Origin: the human T2T-CHM13v2.0 reference genome, Homo sapiens
NCBI RefSeq assembly: GCF_009914755.1
Contig: NC_060925.1
DNA length: 64,000 nt
Direction: 5' to 3' (one strand)
Numbering within the stretch: the stretch's first letter is position 1; every line of letters begins with the position of its first letter. The notes beneath the pieces were generated by a model that saw only the letters and a program-made list of their open reading frames with translations, searched no databases and was not told the origin of the DNA. Below, one piece after another: positions 58,290 through 64,000 of this stretch. Position numbers and translations under genes: made by a program.

Positions 58290-59450
58290 AATTAATGTTT
58301 TCATTATACTTTAAGTTTTGGGATACATGTGCAGAACGTGCAGGTTTGATACACAGGGTATACGTGTGCCATGGTGGTTTGCTGTACCCATTAACCCGTC
58401 ATCTACATTAGGTATTTTTCCTAATGCTATCCCTCTCCTGCCTCCCAGCCCCCAACAAGCCCCGATGTGTGATGTTCCCCTTCCTGTGTCCATGTGTTCT
58501 CATTGTTCAACTCCCACTTATGAGTGAGAACATGCAGTGTTTGGTTTTCTGTTCCTGTGTTAGTTTGCTGAGAGAATGATGGTTTCCAGCTTCATCCATT
58601 TCCCTGCAAAGGACATGAACTCATCCTTTTTTATGGCTGCATAGTATTCCATGCTATGTATGTGTCACATTTTCTTAATCCAGTCAATCATTGATGGGCA
58701 TTTGGGTTGGTTCCAAGTCTTTGCTATTGTGAGTGGTGCTGCAATAAACATATGTGTGCATGTGTCTTTATAGTAGAATGATTTACAATCCTTTGGGTAT
58801 ATACCCAATAATGGGATTCCTGAGTCAAATGGTATTTCTGGTTCTAGATTCTTGAGGAATTGCCACACTGTCTTCCACAATGGTTGAACTAATTTATACT
58901 CCCACCAACAGTGTAAAGATGTTCCTGTTTCTCCACATTCTCTCCAGCATCTGTTGTTTCCTGACTTTTTAATGATCACCATTCTAACTGGCATGAGATG
59001 GTATCTCTTTGTGGTTTTGATTTGCATTTCTCTAATGACCAGTGATGATGGGTTTTTTTTCATGTTTGTTGGCCGCATAAATGTGTTCTTTTGAGAAGTG
59101 TCTGTTCATATACTTTGCCCACTTTTTGATGAGGTTGTTTGTTTCTTGTAAATTTGTTTAAGTTCCTTGTAGATTCTGGATGTTAGCCCTTTGTCAGATG
59201 GATAGATTGCAAAATTTTTCTCCCATTCTGTAGGTTGCCTGTTCACTTTGGTGATAGTTTCTTTTGCTGTACAGAAGCTCTTCAGTTTAATTAGATCCTA
59301 TTTGTCAAATTTGGCTTTTGTTGCCAATGCTTTTGGTGTTTTAGTCATGAAGTCTTTGCCCGTGCCTATGTCCTGAATGGTATTGCCTAGGTTTTCTTCT
59401 AGGGTTTTTATGGTTTTAGGTCTTACGTTTAAGTCTTTAATCCATCTTGA
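58290..59450 (-). mobile_element. L1PA 3' fragment
   Basis: ORF 58665..59078 is L1 ORF2 C-terminus ([17 protein letters not shown]...WNQPKCPS); L1PA 3'UTR present. Confidence 0.92.
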
Positions 59451-59519
59451 AGTTAAATATTACTGTTACCAAAAGTTCTCATTGTTTGGCACATATAAAA
59501 AATTAATACATTTTATGTA

Positions 59520-59521
<2 letters not shown>

Positions 59522-59571
<50 letters not shown>
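59522..59571. repeat. (GT)25 microsatellite
   Basis: Direct reading. Confidence 0.97.
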
Positions 59572-59573
<2 letters not shown>

Positions 59574-60710
59574 AGGGGTAATTGACATAAACTGCACATA
59601 TTTAGAATGTATAGTTTGATACATTTTCATAATTTTATACATCCACGAAACCATTTGTTCACCATATATGTTCATCAACATACTGAACACATCTGTCTTC
59701 TCTCCAATTTTTTTCTGTGATGATTTTTAATATAAGTTAACCAGATTAAAGGTAATTTTTATGTTGTGAACTTTTCTATACAAGGGGATTGTTTCTGATT
59801 GTCACTGAATCCTTTCACTTATTCTCAAAAGAGAATAAATGTTGCACATCAGAACTATGGCGTTCCAACCAGTATTAGTCAGGTGGAAGTCTGAATAGAT
59901 CAAGAATGGAAAAAAGATAATTCTCTAGTTCCATAACATTTTGGCCCTCATCCAGATTGCCCAAATTTATAACTAGCTTTGTTCCTTTGGTAAATGAGCT
60001 AATTTTAGTGTGCCTTGGTTTTCTCATATGTAAAATGGGAAAGCAGTAGTATTTATCCCACAGGGTTGTTGTGAGAACTAGGAGTTAATACCCCAAAGCA
60101 CTCATTATAATGCCTGGCACATGATAAAGACTCAACTGTTAGCTATTAGCTATGACTCCACTGATAATAGTAATTATTATTTCTGGCTATATTGAAAATG
60201 GCTATTTAGAATGTCATATTCTTCTCAGTAAGTAATTTGGGCCAAGAGAATGGAGAAAGTTGGGAACCTGTCACTTTCAATTTGGAGACATTCTAAATTC
60301 ATTCATTCATTATACAAATATTAATATTTTGAACATTTGCTGTATGTGAGGTACTGTGCTGTACTAAACTTAGACAATACATTGGTAAGCAAGATGCATC
60401 TAGCCCCTGCCTTCATGGAGCTTATAGTCTTGTCAGGGAATAGTAGATATGTTGTTACAATAAAGTATGATTAGTGCTGCGGTAAGAGGTCACAAGATGT
60501 TATGAGACCACCAGGGCAAAACTGATGGGGTACTGGTTTTTGATCAGGCATCTGTTTTTCTAGTCATACACTAATCAGTAGAATGGCAGATAACACATTT
60601 TGTGACACCCATTGTTAACTTTAGATGTCATAATAGAGTGACACTTGCTATATACAGATAAAAAAATAAAATGTTACAAAAACATGAGTTATCTGAGCAT
60701 TAACAATTAC

Positions 60711-61007
60711 ATTTTATTTTACTTTATTTTTTGAGACAGAGTCTTGCTCTGTCACTGGTGTACAGTGGCACAATCTTGGCTCACTGTAATCTCCGCCTCC
60801 TGGATTCAAGTGATTCTCATGCCTCAGCCTCCTGAGTAGCTGGGATTACAGGCATGTGCCACCACGCCCAGCTAATTTTTGTATTTTTAGTAGAAATGGG
60901 GTTTTGCCATGTTGGCCAGGATGGTCTTGAACTCCTGGCCTCAAGCGATCCGCCTGCCTTAGCCTCCCAAAGTTTTGGGATTATAGGCGTGAGCCACTCA
61001 CCCAGGC
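60711..61007 (-). mobile_element. Alu
   Basis: TSD AATTACATTTT. Confidence 0.88.
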
Positions 61008-62271
61008 AATAATTACATTTTTAAAAAGTATTGTGTTTCATGTGGCGTTATGTAATACTGTTGTCAGAAGCATAGTTTGAAATGAAGCACAGGGACCCCT
61101 AAAACTTATGAACACTGATCTTGGATTGTATTTATCCAGTTTTGTGGTAGGCTAATTCTCATGTATGTACTGTGGCAGTGAGCTAGATAGAGAGTCATTA
61201 AATATGCTAAAGCTGTATTAATAGTTTATGTAGTGAAATTCCTTTTTTTTTAACCAATGACCGTGTGTAACTGTTCCAGAAAGTTAGAATTTAGAAATAA
61301 CCACTCAGCATATTCAGATGCCAACATGTATAAATTACTATCCAGTGTATTCATGGTTGCTTTTGATTCAGAAAATCAGGCTGAAATTGAAGAGAAACCT
61401 GTTCTCTCATTTTACATAAGAACATCAAGTTTCTTATAAATAGATTGAGCAGTATACGTAAAACCCTTTAAATATTTTAGGTCAACTGTATAAGGTTAAT
61501 AACAAGGTGCAGAAACATTTCTAAAGTAAACAGCACACATTAAAACTCACCTTTTTATAATTGATGTTTTTATTAAAATGATACTTCCGTTTAAACTTAT
61601 AAATTATAGCCCTTTTTAAAGAAACTCTAAATGGAAAGTCTTTTATTATAAATACAATAAAATAGCATCACAGAAAGCTGGGAAAATAGAAAACAGATAA
61701 AACCACTATCCAGACTTAAATAAAGAACTAGTATTACTTTGTATGTTTCCTTACATTCATTTTAAAATTGTAATAGTAGGTTATGGTAATCACTGTTTAT
61801 TTAAATTTTTTTGTATATGTAAAATTTCATTGGTTTTTGCATCTTTTCACAGGAACATTTCTGTTGTTTCTTATGAAAATTGTCATTTGTAATGGCCACA
61901 CAATATTCTAGTAGAAATAGTAACTATTCACCATTCTTCAGTATTTAGTTACTTCCGATACTATAAAAATGATACAGTCAACATTTTCATCTATTTTTTT
62001 GTTTCTTTTAGATTATTTATATTGTATAAATTTCTGTTTGTTGGATCATTGATCAAGGGGCATGAATACTGTTGGGGTCCCTGACACATAATCCCATGTT
62101 TGCTTTTTTTTTTTTTTTTTTAAAGAAACTATACCCACTTATATTTCAGCAAGTAATGTGTAGGCAGAATGATTTTATTATAATTTTACCAGCATTGACT
62201 ATTAATGTAAAAATGTTACAATAATTTAATTAGGCTTGAAGTGCTACTACATTATTTTCATTGTCATTCTG

Positions 62272-62632
<361 letters not shown>

Positions 62633-63147
62633 TAAACACTTTTATTCTATGTTTATTTTTTGTAGTTTCTATTTTGTAAACAGTCTTTTTTTTTCATTTC
62701 TTTTTAAGTCACTGTCTATTTTGAGATGATTGCTTAATTTTTAATTTGTTACATTCTGAAGCTAGTGGATGAAAATCTTTTTTTCTTCTGGTAAACAGCT
62801 GTATTTATTGAAACATTTTTTTGAATTTTTATGATGAGGGCCATTTAAAATGATTATACTTTTTAAATGTTACTGTTTTGTACATAGAAAAGTAGTGTGT
62901 ACTTTTGGTACATATCTGTAAAATATTATGTGAAAGTCCCTGTAATACCATCCCCTTCAAAAGTAATCATTGTTAACTCTTTGTTATATGTTTCCTCCAA
63001 ATTTTTTACATGTTCTTTGATTAAGTCATTTTTTTAAAGCAAACATATTATTTTATCATGTGCCATGTACTGTGCTAGATATTGGTAAACCAAACACTTG
63101 TTGTATGTTAAGACATATTTTTGTTTTGTCAAATTTGCTACCTTAGT

Positions 63148-63356
63148 TCTTTTTTTGAGATGGAGTCTTGCTCTGTCACCAGGCTGGAGTGCAGTGGGGT
63201 GCGATCTCAGCTCACTGGAACCTCTGCTTCCTGGGTTCAAGCGATTCTTGTGTCTCAGCCTCCTTAGTAGCTGGGATTATAGGCACCCTCCACACACCTG
63301 GCTAATTTTTTGTATTTTTAGTACAGACAGGGTTTTGCCATGTTGGCCAGGCTGGT
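63148..63356 (-). mobile_element. 5'-truncated Alu
   Basis: TSD CCTTAGTTCTT. Confidence 0.85.
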
Positions 63357-63626
63357 TTGTGCCTTAGTTCTTGAGGTTTAGGAATCATTATTTGGTACTT
63401 AACTTTCAAAGCATTTTACATTTATTTCAGATGTGTGGGTAAATCAAGATATAAACAAATGGTTAACTGACTTGGGGAGGTTAGGGTTTAAAAATATCAT
63501 TATATTGTAAATCTTTTGACCTTGACAGATGAACATAAGATTAATAATAAAACCTGTATGGTTGAGTAGATACACTTCTTACAATTAAAATTTAAGTTTT
63601 AATTTCAGTGCCATGTATTTTTTTAG

Positions 63627-63773
63627 GTAGTAGTCATCTTATAAGTACATCTTCTTGGCGAGATGGACAAAAATTAGTAAAGAAGATTCTGGGACCTGCT
63701 CCCAGAATGGAGCCAAAAGAGCAAAGAACAGCATCAAGTGACAGAGGTGGAAGAGAAAGAACTGCTAAATCTG
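63627..63773 (+). CDS. CEP350: CEP350 exon 9 (GSSHLISTSSWRDGQKLVKKILGPAPRMEPKEQRTASSDRGGRERTAKS)
   Basis: TTTTTAG acceptor, CTG|GTAAGT donor, 147 nt, phase 1-1. Confidence 0.92.
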
Positions 63774-64000
63774 GTAAGTAGCTATAATTAAAATAGTTGA
63801 GAAAACAATTAAAAATTGCTATTAAGTACTTAGAGAAGGAAAAAGTACTCTTAAGAATGTGTTAGGACTTTGCTTTATAATTTTGAATGTAGCTCAAAAA
63901 AGAAAAAAATGTTCTATTGGGCTTGGTTATGGATAATATCTGCATATAGGTGTTATGTTCATCTTTATGAAAAATTGTTTATGTTGTGTTAATTACATTT

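Noticed and set aside
58665-59078. L1 ORF2 C-terminal ORF
   Set aside because: 5'-truncated L1PA with no promoter or RT domain; not an active element.

Overview
Primate (human-like) genomic DNA containing the 5' part of CEP350 (centrosomal protein 350) on the + strand. It includes a CpG-island promoter, non-coding exon 1 (donor after 6814), a 31 kb intron 1, and coding exons 2-9 (ATG 37855; 1393 coding nt in total, MRSSKSKEVPLPNPRNSQSKDTVQADITTSW...RGGRERTAKS). The gene continues past the window. Introns hold two processed ribosomal-protein pseudogenes (RPSA on +, RPS24 on -) and dense repeats: about 40 Alus, several L1s, L2/MIR, a truncated ERV1 with a tRNA-Leu PBS, THE1 and MLT1 LTRs, and MER6/Charlie/Tigger3 DNA transposons. 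Most ORF-track entries are Alu/L1/GC-rich artefacts. I see no wholly new gene system. The strongest candidates for something undescribed are two. (1) A 5' regulatory switch: an overlapping uORF that becomes in-frame with CEP350 if exons 2+3 are skipped, an exon 2 that regenerates a 5' splice site after ligation, and inverted Alus around exons 2-3. (2) Several locally templated insertion or fold-back repair scars (an inverted 124 bp copy inside a MIR, a 32 bp copy plus snap-back inside an Alu, and a perfect 18 bp hairpin). Gene, pseudogene and repeat-family names come from recall of known sequences, not from database searches. Repeat boundaries are approximate.
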